A stretch of DNA of 64,000 nucleotides, from positions 262 through 64,261 of the forward strand of contig JAQXMD010000055.1 of NCBI GenBank assembly GCA_029012465.1. The letters are read 5' to 3'. Of the stretch, positions 30,750 through 40,159 are shown one piece after another. The notes under the pieces are model-generated. The model searched no databases. It saw only the letters and a list, made by a program, of their open reading frames with translations, and had not been told where the DNA came from. The translations under genes and the position numbers were made by a program. The first letter of the stretch is position 1. Each line of letters starts with the position of its first letter. Origin of the DNA: Oscillospiraceae bacterium (lineage in GTDB: Bacteria > Bacillota > Clostridia > Oscillospirales > Oscillospiraceae).

Positions 30750-31268
30750 TTATTCTGCAGCAGCTTCTGCAGCGGGGCCTTCCTTCTGAATGCGGATCTG
30801 ATCCAGCACGAAAGCCAGGGAGCTGATGGGAGCAAGCAGGGTGCCGAGAACCTGGGCAACCAGATCGTTCTTGGAAGTCAGCTCGCCGAAAGCGTTCAGC
30901 TCATCGACAGAGACAGCCTTGCCCTCAACAAAACCACCCTTGATAGCCAGGACCTTGTTCTTCTTGACGAACTGGCTGACGATACGGGCGGGAGCAATGG
31001 GATCGCCGGTGGCCACTGCGAAAGCGGTGGTGCCGTTGAGGATCTCATCAAAGTCATAGCCGCACTCACGGGCAGCCAGACGGGTCAGGGTGTTCTTCAC
31101 GACGGTGTAATCAACACCAGCCTCACGGAACTCTCTACGGAGCTCGGTGTCCTGTGCCACGGTAATACCCTTGTAATCAACAAAAACACCAGCGGTAGCG
31201 CCCTTGATCTGCTCAGACAGAGCGGATACGGTGGCCTTTTTTGCTTCAAGAACCTTAGCGTTAGGCAT
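30750..31268 (-). CDS. rplJ: 50S ribosomal protein L10
   Basis: MPNAKVLEAKKATVSALSEQIKG. Start at the internal ATG 31268 after GGAGGTG. Confidence 0.95.
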   Translation of the reverse strand: MPNAKVLEAKKATVSALSEQIKGATAGVFVDYKGITVAQDTELRREFREAGVDYTVVKNTLTRLAARECGYDFDEILNGTTAFAVATGDPIAPARIVSQFVKKNKVLAIKGGFVEGKAVSVDELNAFGELTSKNDLVAQVLGTLLAPISSLAFVLDQIRIQKEGPAAEAAAE

Positions 31269-31405
31269 GTAATTGTCACCTCCAAAATAAAAAGTCCTCG
31301 TACCAGAGCTGGTACGAGGACACAATAAGACAAAGAAATCTTTTGTGCTTCCTCGGCAGGATGGGGAACCCTTATGGCAAAAGCCTCCTGCTGTCTCTGG
31401 CAGCA
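31269..31405 (-). promoter_or_regulatory. rplJ 5' leader with terminator-type hairpin (L10-leader-like attenuator)
   Basis: A ~137-nt leader. GTCCTCGTACCAGCTCTGGTACGAGGAC (31294-31321) is followed by TTTTTATTTT directly upstream of the RBS. Confidence 0.55.
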
Positions 31406-31411
31406 TTTGAT

Positions 31412-31440
31412 ATTATATCAGACGGAATGCCGCCTGTCAA
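31412..31440 (-). promoter_or_regulatory. promoter of rplJ-rplL
   Basis: TTGACA-17-TATAAT on the minus strand. Confidence 0.7.
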
Positions 31441-31466
31441 GCACAAAATGCGCGATCCTGCAAAAA

Positions 31467-32156
31467 TCAGAACTTGGCAGTGCTGACCTTTACGCCGGGG
31501 CCCATGGTGGAAGCCAGGACGCAGGACTTGATATACTGACCCTTGGCGGCAGCGGGCTTTGCCTTCACGATGGCAGCCAGCAGGGTGTTGAAGTTCTCGG
31601 TGAGCTTCTCGGGGCCGAAGGAAACCTTGCCAATGGGGCAGTGAACAATGTTGGTCTTGTCGAGACGGTACTCGATCTTACCGGCCTTGATCTCAGCGAT
31701 GGCCTTGGCAACATCGGGAGTAACGGTGCCGGCCTTGGGGGAGGGCATCAGACCCTTGGGGCCCAGAACCTTACCCAGACGACCAACGATACCCATCATG
31801 TCAGGGGTAGCAACAACAACGTCATAGTCGAAGAAGTTCTCCTTCTGGATCTTCTCCACCATGTCCATGCCGCCGACATAGTCAGCGCCAGCCTCACGGG
31901 CGGCGTCAGCCTTTGCGTCCTTGGCAAAGACCAGAACCTTACGGGTCTTACCGGTGCCGTTGGGCAGAACCACGGAGCCACGGACCTGCTGGTCAGCGTG
32001 ACGGGAGTCAACACCCAGACGAATGTGAACCTCGACGGTCTCGTCGAACTTAGCCTTAGCAGTATTAATTACGAGAGCACATGCATCGGCAGCTTCATAC
32101 TGCACGGAGCGGTCAACCAGCTTGGCGCTCTCCTGATATTTTTTACCTTTCTTCAA
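31467..32156 (-). CDS. rplA: 50S ribosomal protein L1
   Basis: 229 aa; TTG start 8 nt after AAGGAGG. Confidence 0.95.
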   Translation of the reverse strand: MKKGKKYQESAKLVDRSVQYEAADACALVINTAKAKFDETVEVHIRLGVDSRHADQQVRGSVVLPNGTGKTRKVLVFAKDAKADAAREAGADYVGGMDMVEKIQKENFFDYDVVVATPDMMGIVGRLGKVLGPKGLMPSPKAGTVTPDVAKAIAEIKAGKIEYRLDKTNIVHCPIGKVSFGPEKLTENFNTLLAAIVKAKPAAAKGQYIKSCVLASTMGPGVKVSTAKF

Positions 32157-32247
32157 TTGAATATCCTCCTTAATGTGGTTTGTCGGAAAAATCCTCCCAC
32201 GTTATGAGGTACACCGTTTATCGGTACGCACCTCGGTCAGTTTCAAA

Positions 32248-32673
32248 TCAGTCTACAACAGTGATGCCCATGCTGCGGCAGGTGCCTGCAACGTTGCTCA
32301 TAGCGGCCTCGATGGAAGCAGCGTTCAGATCGGGCATTTTTCTCTCAGCGATTTCCTTTACCTGAGCCTTGGTAATGGTAGCAACCTTGTTCTTGTTGGG
32401 CTCACCGGAACCCTTCTCAGCGCCGACAGCCTTCAAAATGAGGGTTGCGGTGGGGGGAGTCTTGGTGATAAAGGTGAAGCTGCGGTCTGCATAAACAGTG
32501 ATGACAACAGGAATCTTGAAACCAACCTGATCCTTGGTACGCTCATTGAATTCCTTGATGAACTGCGCAATGTTTACACCGTGCTGGCCAAGTGCGGGGC
32601 CAACAGGGGGGGAAGCGGTTGCCTTACCAGCATTGATCTGCAGTCTAATATAACCTGTAACTTTCTGTGCCAT
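32248..32673 (-). CDS. rplK: 50S ribosomal protein L11
   Basis: [35 protein letters not shown]. Start at ATG 32673. Confidence 0.95.
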   Translation of the reverse strand: MAQKVTGYIRLQINAGKATASPPVGPALGQHGVNIAQFIKEFNERTKDQVGFKIPVVITVYADRSFTFITKTPPTATLILKAVGAEKGSGEPNKNKVATITKAQVKEIAERKMPDLNAASIEAAMSNVAGTCRSMGITVVD

Positions 32674-32781
32674 GAATAGCACACCTCCTGAATATAGTGG
32701 TAGTACGCATCAGCGTACTTCTGGCGGAGCCTCAGGCTCCTCCCACATTCCGGCCTGCCGGGCCGGGGGGATCGAGCAGGA

Positions 32782-33324
32782 TCAGTCCTGAACCAGCTCT
32801 ACCTGGTCAAGTTCAAGCTCGACCGGGGTCTCACGACCGAACATGGAAACGACCACGCGGACGGAGTTGTTGTCCACGTCGAGTGCGTCAACATGTCCAA
32901 CGAAGGTGGTGAGAGGCCCATCCATAATGCGGACACTGTCGCCCACGGTGTAGGGGACCTCAATCTGATGCTTCTCGATGCCGAGAGCATAAACTTCCTC
33001 CTCAGTGAGAGGAATTGCACGAATCATGGGTTTTGCGTCTGCGTCTGCGCCCACAAAGCCGGTGACGCCGCGAACGGAATTGATGACATACCATGCCTCG
33101 TCGGTCATGATCATCTTCACCAGCACATAGCCGGGATAGACCTTACGCTCGACTGTCTTCGTGCCGGAGTCAGTCACCTCGGTGACGGTCTCCATAGGGA
33201 TCAGGACCTCATGAATCAGGTCCTGGAGCCGACGGTTCTCAACGCTCTTCTCGATTGTAACCTTGACGGTGTTTTCATAGCCCGAATAGGTATGGACTAC
33301 ATACCATTTTGCTTCTTCTGCCAT
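32782..33324 (-). CDS. nusG: transcription termination/antitermination factor NusG
   Basis: 180 aa with KWYVVHTYSGYE NGN domain and KOW domain. Confidence 0.95.
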   Translation of the reverse strand: MAEEAKWYVVHTYSGYENTVKVTIEKSVENRRLQDLIHEVLIPMETVTEVTDSGTKTVERKVYPGYVLVKMIMTDEAWYVINSVRGVTGFVGADADAKPMIRAIPLTEEEVYALGIEKHQIEVPYTVGDSVRIMDGPLTTFVGHVDALDVDNNSVRVVVSMFGRETPVELELDQVELVQD

Positions 33325-33336
33325 GGTTACACCTGC

Positions 33337-33597
33337 TTAGCTGCCAAGCTGGCTCAGATGCCCGATGAGACCCTTGTCAATGACAAGATAGCCCACTGCA
33401 TCGAAAATCCAGATGATGACACCAACGACCAGTACGCAGGCGAGAACGACGAGAGTGTTCTGGACAACCTGATTTCTGGTGGGCCAGACAACCTTCTTCA
33501 GCTCGGATTTCATCTCGCGGAGCCACTTGGAAAATCTCTTTGCGGTTCTCTTGAAGAAATTCTCTTTAACGGCTTCCTGCTTCTTAGCTTCTGCCAT
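33337..33597 (-). CDS. secE: preprotein translocase subunit SecE
   Basis: 86 aa with KEMKSELKKVVWPTRNQ followed by a single TM helix. Confidence 0.9.
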   Translation of the reverse strand: MAEAKKQEAVKENFFKRTAKRFSKWLREMKSELKKVVWPTRNQVVQNTLVVLACVLVVGVIIWIFDAVGYLVIDKGLIGHLSQLGS

Positions 33598-33612
33598 AGA
33601 TGGTAGCCTCCA

Positions 33613-33762
33613 TTACTTAGTCTCGTTGTGGACGGTGTGCTTTCTGCAGAATCTGCAGTATTTCTTCATTTCGAGACGATCGGGGTCATTCTTCTTGTTC
33701 TTCATGGTGTTGTAGTTTCTTTGCTTGCATTCACTGCATCTCAGAGTTACTTTAACGCGCAT
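33613..33762 (-). CDS. rpmG: 50S ribosomal protein L33
   Basis: Hand translation [49 protein letters not shown] (49 aa, below the ORF-track cutoff); AAGGAGG RBS. Confidence 0.9.
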   Translation of the reverse strand: MRVKVTLRCSECKQRNYNTMKNKKNDPDRLEMKKYCRFCRKHTVHNETK

Positions 33763-33884
33763 TTCGGCACCTCCTTAAAATTGCCTCCCTGTATCACTGT
33801 GCTCAGAAAAATTTGAGTGGCTTTTAAAAGCCTGCACAGCTGAAAACGGGCATAAAAAATCAGCCCGAATTCACAGGTAAGGAT

Positions 33885-33913
33885 ATTCTACCACAGGGAA
33901 TGGGACTGGTCAA
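33885..33913 (-). promoter_or_regulatory. promoter of rpmG-secE-nusG
   Basis: TTGACC-17-TAGAAT with a TG extension, minus strand. Confidence 0.55.
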
Positions 33914-33960
33914 GGAGAATTTTCATTTTTTTCTGATTTTTCAAGGCTTTCTGCCGCCTC

Positions 33961-33989
33961 TTGCGGCAAACAGAGGATTGTGCTACAAT
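33961..33989 (+). promoter_or_regulatory. promoter of ruvX
   Basis: TTGCGG-17-TACAAT with a TG extension. Confidence 0.5.
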
Positions 33990-34026
33990 GATACTCTCTA
34001 GGAAATGATGTACAGGAGGATACAGC

Positions 34027-34437
34027 ATGGTAGTGATGGCCATTGACTACGGCGACGCAAGAACCGGAGTGGCAGTTTCCGACCCCATGGGCATGATTGT
34101 GGGGTATACCACGGTGGTTGCCGAGTGGAATCAGGACAAGGCTGCGGAAAAGGTAGCCCAGATTGTCCGGGAGCGGAAGCCTGACCGGCTGGTGATGGGC
34201 TTTCCCAGAAATATGGACGGGACAGAAGGCCCCAGAGCGGAAAAATACCGGGCGTTTGCCGAGCTTCTTTCGGAAAAGGCCGGTATGGAGGTGATTCTGT
34301 GGGATGAGCGCAGAACCACCATTGAGGCTCACAACATTCTATCTGCCAACGGGAAAAAGACCAAAAAGCACAAGAAGAACGTGGATGCGGTGGCCGCCTC
34401 GCTGATTCTGGAGGGCTATCTGCGGTTTTTGGGCTGA
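34027..34437 (+). CDS. ruvX: Holliday junction resolvase-like nuclease RuvX (YqgF)
   Basis: 136 aa, MAIDYGDARTGVAVSD. Confidence 0.9.
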   Translation: MVVMAIDYGDARTGVAVSDPMGMIVGYTTVVAEWNQDKAAEKVAQIVRERKPDRLVMGFPRNMDGTEGPRAEKYRAFAELLSEKAGMEVILWDERRTTIEAHNILSANGKKTKKHKKNVDAVAASLILEGYLRFLG

Positions 34438-34820
34438 ACTTGATTTTGATTTGACTGCTTCGGCGTTTTTTTCATCACCTCGGAGATTCCGGTGAGAATG
34501 AGAAAACCGCCGAAGAGTTTTTTCAGCAGCCCCAGTTCCAGCTCCATGGCCAGAAAGCTGAAAAGCCCCGCGGAAATGCATCCGGCCAGCGCGGCGGGGA
34601 GAACGGCCTTCCAGTGGATGAAATGATTCTTTGCGTGGAGGATCAGGGCTGCTGCGGCGGTGGGGAGGAAATACAAAAGATTGATGCCCTGGGCTGTCCG
34701 CTGCTGAATATGGGCAAGGAGGGTCAGGTATACCATCAGCAGAGTACCGCCGCCGATGCCGAAGCCGGATATGATGCCTGTGGCGAAGCCCACCCCCAGG
34801 GCCAGAAGAAAGCCGGTCAC
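34416..34820 (-). CDS. TauE/SafE (TSUP) family half-size membrane protein, C-terminal-half equivalent
   Basis: About 4 TM helices with GFGIGGGTLLMVYL. GTG start overlaps the upstream stop (GTGA). Confidence 0.7.
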   Translation of the reverse strand: MTGFLLALGVGFATGIISGFGIGGGTLLMVYLTLLAHIQQRTAQGINLLYFLPTAAAALILHAKNHFIHWKAVLPAALAGCISAGLFSFLAMELELGLLKKLFGGFLILTGISEVMKKTPKQSNQNQVQPKNRR

Positions 34821-35170
34821 AGGAATTGCCGGACCCCGCCGTAGAGGATCAGGATGCCCAGCGCCTTATGGAGAAAGCCTGCGGGAATTTTCCGGAAGAG
34901 CTTTCCGCCTGCCAGCCCGCCGAATAATCCGCCGATCAGATAGGGCAGGGCAGCCCGAAAGTCCATGCTGCCCCGGAGACAGTAGATGAGGATGGAAACA
35001 AGGCACATGGGCGCGATGATGCTGATGGCGGTGGCAAAGGCTTTCTTATCCTCCAGTCCGGCCCAGCGGGTCAGCAGAGGCACCAGCACCATGCCGCCTC
35101 CCGCACCGAAGAGCCCGTTGGCGGCTCCCGCAGCAGCACCGCTGATGGCGTATTTCAAGGTTTCAGACAT
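34817..35170 (-). CDS. TauE/SafE (TSUP) family half-size membrane protein, N-terminal-half equivalent
   Basis: MSETLKYAISGAAAGAANGLFGAGGGMVLVPLL. ATG at 35170 after GGGAGGG. Confidence 0.7.
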   Translation of the reverse strand: MSETLKYAISGAAAGAANGLFGAGGGMVLVPLLTRWAGLEDKKAFATAISIIAPMCLVSILIYCLRGSMDFRAALPYLIGGLFGGLAGGKLFRKIPAGFLHKALGILILYGGVRQFL

Positions 35171-35227
35171 AAAAATCCCTCCCGGAGCAGTATGCCGCGG
35201 GAGGGGAGCTTTTATGCAATGGGGCAT

Positions 35228-35941
35228 TCATGGGTTCCGGCCGATGATGTCCCGAACCACGAAGCCTGCCAGCATCAGCCCTGCGCAGGAGGGCACCCAG
35301 CTAAGAGACGCGGGAATGCTCCGCCTGCCCTCGGGCGGCTCCTCCAAGGGAAGGGGGGTGATGGCAGGCTCGTCGCTGAAGAGTACCCTGTGGTGCTGGA
35401 TTCCACGGCTCCGAAGCTCCTTCCGGATCACCCGGGCCAGGGGACAGCCGGAGGTTTGGGAAATGTCGCAGATCCGGAACCGGGTGGGGTCCTGCTTGTT
35501 TCCGGTGCCCATGGCGGATACAATGGGGATATTTCTGCGGATGGCGGTTTCGATCAGGTCCAGCTTGCAGGATACCAGATCAATACAGTCCACAATATAG
35601 TCGGGATTTTGGGAGAAAAACTGCTCTCTGGTTTCCCTGCTGTAAAGCATGGGCATGGAAGTGACCTGACAGCTCGGGTTGATGTCCCGCACCCGATCCG
35701 CCATTACGTCGGATTTGTATTTTCCCAGAGTGGAGTGGAGGGCACAGAGCTGACGGTTGAGGTTTGTAAGGCCCACCGTGTCATTGTCCACCAGTGTGAG
35801 CCGTCCAACACCGGCCCGGGCCAGAGCCTCCACGGCGTAGCTGCCTACGCCGCCAATGCCAATGACCAGCACATGGGCCCCTGCAAGGGTGTTCAGGGCC
35901 TCCGGACCGTAAAACATGGCCTGCCGTAAGAATTGATCCAT
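35228..35941 (-). CDS. tcdA: tRNA threonylcarbamoyladenosine dehydratase (ThiF-family)
   Basis: VLVIGIGGVGSYAVEALARAGVGRLTLVDNDTV...NLNRQ. Confidence 0.85.
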   Translation of the reverse strand: MDQFLRQAMFYGPEALNTLAGAHVLVIGIGGVGSYAVEALARAGVGRLTLVDNDTVGLTNLNRQLCALHSTLGKYKSDVMADRVRDINPSCQVTSMPMLYSRETREQFFSQNPDYIVDCIDLVSCKLDLIETAIRRNIPIVSAMGTGNKQDPTRFRICDISQTSGCPLARVIRKELRSRGIQHHRVLFSDEPAITPLPLEEPPEGRRSIPASLSWVPSCAGLMLAGFVVRDIIGRNP

Positions 35942-36030
35942 AAAAACCTCCCAAATGTTTGGTGAAAATACCGGCTGAGAAATGGTTCTCAGCCGGTATG
36001 TGATTCACAATCTGAATGTGTTCCGACCGC

Positions 36031-37569
36031 TCAGGATGCCAGCGTCTTGGTGGTGAACCACTGACCGATGGTGCTCTTGTCGGCGGTGTAGCTGGCGCTG
36101 CGCTCCTCATACCATGCATTGTAGTCGTTGCTGCGCTTTGCGTCGTCGGCAAGGATCTTCCAGTACAGATCGCCGGTGCCGGAGAAGTAGATCAGGTGGC
36201 AGCCGTAGTCGGTTTCCACAACGCCGTAGTCGCCCACAGCCCGGCTGGGGTCAAAGCACCAGTCGTTGAAGGAGGCCTGCATCTGGCCCTTGTAGACATT
36301 CTCGTAGAGACCGCCGTTGGTGTTGGAGCCGGTGTCCTCAGAATGCTCATTTGCCATCTGGGCAAAGGTGTCCTCAGTCATGTCGCTTGCTTCCCACTCA
36401 GCCAGAATCTCGTCCATGGCTGCACGGCAGGTAGCCCAATCCTCATCGGTGGCAGTGCCGTCTTCGCCGGAGGTGCCGACATTTACGAGAATGTGACGGA
36501 CGTTGACGGTTTCATAGTCGTTGTTGTCTCTGGATACAAACATCACAACGCTGTAGCCGGAGTCGGTGGCGAAGACACCGTGTTCACCGGCAGCCCGTCC
36601 CTCGTCAAAGAGCCAGTCAGCATAGCTGGAGCTCACATTGCTGTAGTTGGCGCTGGAGCGGAGGGTATAGCTGTCATCCTCGTAGGATTCCTTGCTGTCC
36701 TCGGGAGCATAGCTGAGCGCGGCCTTGATGAAGCTGTCCTCGGTGGTGGTGACTTCAGCGTCCATGGCATCAGCGGTTTCCTTTGCTGCTGCGGTGTCGT
36801 CATTCTCGGTGGTGACATTGAAGACCCGGTAAGTGACCTTGTCGAAGTCCAGCTTGTTTTCGTTGTAGTAGGTGCGAAGCTCGTCGTCGGTGTAGGAGAA
36901 GCTCTCGCTCATCTCGGCGGCATAGTTGGAAGCGATCTCCTGAACACGCATGTATTCGGCATAGGTGGCTACGGATGCGCCCTTGCCATAGGTTGCCTCC
37001 AGATAATCGTTGCCGTCCTTGTAGCCGTATGTCTCTGCATAGGTCTCAATGGTATCGGGCATTGCGTCGATTGTGGCCTGCTCATCCTCGCTGAGGGTGA
37101 AGCCGGCCTCCATGGCTGCGTCATAAAGGGTAAAAACCTGAACTGCGGACTGTCCGGCAGCATCAGTCAAATAGTCGCTCCAGGAACCGCCGTCCTCGGA
37201 GAACATGCACTCCTGATCCTCCAGAGGCTTGGTGGTATCAACGAGATAGCTCCACATCTGGGAGTAGGAATTGCGGATATTGAAGTAGCTGTCCTGATAG
37301 AAGTAGTTGAACTCGGCGGGCGTAACCTTATGGCTGCCCACGGTCAGGGCGGTGGCATGGGTCTGCATGAAGCCGCTGTTCACAAAGATCAGAAGAGCGA
37401 AAACCACAACCAGCACAATGGCAATGGCGGACAGGATCGCGCTGCGGATCTTACGGGCGCGAACGATGGTCATAGGCTTCTTTTTCTTAACCTTCTTTTT
37501 TACAATATCGCTGTTGGCCTCGGCTTCACGAAGCTCACGGCGCAGTCGCTTTTCGCGGGATGCACTCAT
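36031..37569 (-). CDS. membrane-anchored parvulin-type peptidyl-prolyl isomerase (PrsA/SurA-like)
   Basis: N-terminal TM helix; PpiC domain VRHILV...GGLYENVYKGQMQASF...GCHLIYF. Confidence 0.8.
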   Translation of the reverse strand: MSASREKRLRRELREAEANSDIVKKKVKKKKPMTIVRARKIRSAILSAIAIVLVVVFALLIFVNSGFMQTHATALTVGSHKVTPAEFNYFYQDSYFNIRNSYSQMWSYLVDTTKPLEDQECMFSEDGGSWSDYLTDAAGQSAVQVFTLYDAAMEAGFTLSEDEQATIDAMPDTIETYAETYGYKDGNDYLEATYGKGASVATYAEYMRVQEIASNYAAEMSESFSYTDDELRTYYNENKLDFDKVTYRVFNVTTENDDTAAAKETADAMDAEVTTTEDSFIKAALSYAPEDSKESYEDDSYTLRSSANYSNVSSSYADWLFDEGRAAGEHGVFATDSGYSVVMFVSRDNNDYETVNVRHILVNVGTSGEDGTATDEDWATCRAAMDEILAEWEASDMTEDTFAQMANEHSEDTGSNTNGGLYENVYKGQMQASFNDWCFDPSRAVGDYGVVETDYGCHLIYFSGTGDLYWKILADDAKRSNDYNAWYEERSASYTADKSTIGQWFTTKTLAS

Positions 37570-37611
37570 TTCTGGTCAGTCCTCTCATGTACTAGTTTTA
37601 CAGACCTGATT

Positions 37612-37640
37612 ATTATATAGTAAAACCAGACCTGTTGCAA
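37612..37640 (-). promoter_or_regulatory. promoter of the PPIase gene
   Basis: TTGCAA-17-TATAAT on the minus strand. Confidence 0.65.
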
Positions 37641-37681
37641 GTAAAATCATAAAAATCCGGGCAATTCTGCCTTTTTTTCAC

Positions 37682-37855
37682 GAAAACAGAAAAACCCCGC
37701 TTTGGCCGTGTGAACCCAATTATAACCTGCACGAAAAGGCAGGTGGGTTGCCTCCCCGTGACCGGTACTGCTTCCAACGTCTGCGGACAAGTCCGGCAGG
37801 AGGCCTGCAAACAATCACGGGAGTACAGCATCCCGTAGTTATAATGTGGGTTTAA
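37682..37855 (-). ncRNA. candidate structured small RNA (closing stem, large internal loop, long GC helix; 6S-like layout, family unassigned)
   Basis: 37838-37852 pairs with 37713-37726 (14 bp, one bulge). Inner hairpin ACGGGA-N8-UCCCGU (37817-37836). Long helix GCAGG/CCUCC/CCGG with CCGG/GGAGG/CCUGC. U-rich tail UUUUUCUGUUUU. It lies between a gene stop and the next promoter. Confidence 0.4.
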
Positions 37856-37889
37856 CAGGGTTCATCACGCACCAAGCAGGGAATTTTTC

Positions 37890-38192
37890 TTATTCCTCGT
37901 CCTCGTCCCCTACGATTTCGTCATCGGCGAACATCTGATCCTCAAAGATCTGATAGACAGCCTCCAGCTCCTGATCGTTGTCCAGGGTGGAGAGAATTTC
38001 CTCACCGGTGGCTTCGTCTTCGATGACCTTCAGAATGATGATATCCAGATTCTCTTCCTCTTCGGGGCTCAGACATTCAGACAGGGCCAGATAGCGAACA
38101 TCCTGATAGATGGCCTCGTCCAGCACCAGCAGGTCAAAATCATTTCCGTCCTCATCGGTGATGGAAATGATGTTATCTCCAAAGTCGCTCAT
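37890..38192 (-). CDS. DUF1292-family small acidic protein
   Basis: MSDFGDNIISITDEDGNDFDLLVLD... pattern; GGAAGGAG RBS. Confidence 0.75.
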   Translation of the reverse strand: MSDFGDNIISITDEDGNDFDLLVLDEAIYQDVRYLALSECLSPEEEENLDIIILKVIEDEATGEEILSTLDNDQELEAVYQIFEDQMFADDEIVGDEDEE

Positions 38193-38368
38193 ATGGTAAA
38201 CTCCTTCCGGAAATAGCTTATGCGGATTTTTTGATTATGTGCATATAGTAATGCCCAGAGGGAAGAAAATCAAGTGTAATTTTTCATGTGACGTAAAAAT
38301 TCACAAAGTGAGGCCCCTGCGGAGGCCTGTTTGTGCACAATTTGTTGCAGAATTCTTCCGCTGTGTGG

Positions 38369-38397
38369 TTGCGGAAGCATCTTTTAGGGAGTATAAT
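38369..38397 (+). promoter_or_regulatory. promoter of the oligoendopeptidase gene
   Basis: TTGCGG-17-TATAAT. Confidence 0.6.
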
Positions 38398-38441
38398 AAA
38401 GTCCACTGAATATGGGAAACCAGTCTACAGGAGGAAAAACC

Positions 38442-40145
38442 ATGAAGTTTTCTCAGATACCCTATGAGCGGCCGGATGCCAAGGCTCTGATGGAGCAGCT
38501 TTCCCGGCTGACAGACCAGCTGAAGGCCGCCGCCACCTACGAGGAGGCCCGGAAGGTATTCCTTGAGAAGGAAACCCTTCAGAAGCATATCCGTACTGCC
38601 GCCACTTTGGTGGAGATCCGGCATACCATCGACACCAGAGACCAGTTCTACAACGATGAGATGAAGTTCTGGAATGAGACCAGCCCCCAGCTGGAGGAAT
38701 ATCTTCAGGTGTGGACACAGGCCATGCTGGATTCGCCCTTCCGGAAAGCGTTTGCCGGGGAATTCGGCGATATCATGTTCATCAATGCGGAGATCGAGCT
38801 GAAAACCTTCTCGCCGGAGATCATCTCTGAGCTTCAGCGGGAAAATGACCTGACCCAGGAGTATGAAAAGCTTTTGGCTTCCGCCCAGATTCCCTTTGAA
38901 GGGGGCGTATACACCCTGTCTCAGCTGACGCCCTTCAAGACCGATGCGGATGACGCCCGTCGTCTTGCGGCCTGGAAGGCTGAGGGCCAGTGGTATAAGG
39001 AGCAGCAGCCGGAGCTGGACCGGCTCTATGACGAACTGACAAAGCTCCGGGACACCATGGGCAGAAAGCTGGGCTACGACGGCTATACGGAGCTGGGCTA
39101 TTACCGCATGGGACGGAACTGCTACACCAAGGAGGACGTGGAACAATTCCGGGCGGCTGTTGTAAAGCATCTGGTTCCTCTGGCGGACAAGGTTTACCGC
39201 CGTCAGGCGGAGCGTCTGGGTAAGGAATACCCCATGAGCTTTGCGGACAATGCCCTGGAGTTCCGCTCCGGCAACCCCAGACCTCAGGGTTCTGCTGAGG
39301 ATATTTTGTCCCAGGGAAGAACGTTTTATGACGAGCTGTCTCCGGAAACCTCCAGCTTCTTCCGGATGATGCTGGAAAATGAACTGATGGATGTGCTGTC
39401 CACCGAGGGCAAGGCCAGCGGTGGCTACTGTACAGATCTGGCGGATTACGGCGTTCCCTTTATCTTTGCCAATTTCAACGGCACCCAGGGGGATGTGGAG
39501 GTCGTGACCCACGAGGCGGGGCACGCCTTTGCGGACTATATGAACCGGGACCGGATTCCCATGGAGACGGTCTGGCCCAGCATGGAGGCCTGTGAGGTCC
39601 ATTCCATGTCCATGGAGTTTTTCGCGTGGCCCTGGGCGGAGGGCTTCTTCGGGAAGGATACGAAGAAATTCCTCTACAGCCATCTGGCCTCCGCTCTGAC
39701 CTTCATTCCCTATGGTACCATGGTGGATCATTTCCAGCATATTGTCTATGAAAAGCCGGAGATGACCCCCGGGGAGCGTCACGCCACATGGAAAGAACTG
39801 CTTGGGGTCTATATGCCCTGGATGAAGCTGGATGGGGAGATCCCTGTCTACAGTGAAGGACAGGGCTGGCAGCGTCAGCATCACATTTACAGCAGCCCCT
39901 TCTACTATATTGACTACTGTCTTGCCCAGACTGTTGCCCTGCAATTCTGGGCCATGATTCAGGAGGATCGGGAAAATGCCTGGGAGCACTATATGGCATA
40001 CACCCGTCAGGGCGGAAGCCGGGTGTTTACGGAGCTTTTGAAAAACGCGGGACTGGACAGCCCCTTTGCGGAAAGCTGCCTCATCAAGGTCTGCTCGGCT
40101 GCGGATGCATGGCTGGACAACTGTGACCTGACAGGAATCGACTGA
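38442..40145 (+). CDS. pepF: M3-family oligoendopeptidase F
   Basis: HEAGHAF zinc motif; ATG at 38442, 7 nt after GGAGG. Confidence 0.85.
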   Translation: MKFSQIPYERPDAKALMEQLSRLTDQLKAAATYEEARKVFLEKETLQKHIRTAATLVEIRHTIDTRDQFYNDEMKFWNETSPQLEEYLQVWTQAMLDSPFRKAFAGEFGDIMFINAEIELKTFSPEIISELQRENDLTQEYEKLLASAQIPFEGGVYTLSQLTPFKTDADDARRLAAWKAEGQWYKEQQPELDRLYDELTKLRDTMGRKLGYDGYTELGYYRMGRNCYTKEDVEQFRAAVVKHLVPLADKVYRRQAERLGKEYPMSFADNALEFRSGNPRPQGSAEDILSQGRTFYDELSPETSSFFRMMLENELMDVLSTEGKASGGYCTDLADYGVPFIFANFNGTQGDVEVVTHEAGHAFADYMNRDRIPMETVWPSMEACEVHSMSMEFFAWPWAEGFFGKDTKKFLYSHLASALTFIPYGTMVDHFQHIVYEKPEMTPGERHATWKELLGVYMPWMKLDGEIPVYSEGQGWQRQHHIYSSPFYYIDYCLAQTVALQFWAMIQEDRENAWEHYMAYTRQGGSRVFTELLKNAGLDSPFAESCLIKVCSAADAWLDNCDLTGID

Positions 40146-40159
40146 TTCCGGAGAAAACC

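Noticed and set aside
37682-37855. SRP (4.5S/scRNA) identity for the structured RNA, based on a GGAAGCAG match.
   Set aside because: The 3' strand GGAAGCAG resembles helix 8. However, the conserved 5' strand (GUCAGGUCC with AGG in the symmetric loop) and the GNRA tetraloop are missing: the 5' strand here reads ACUUGUCC, followed by a 9-nt loop. No Alu-domain-like 5' part was seen either.
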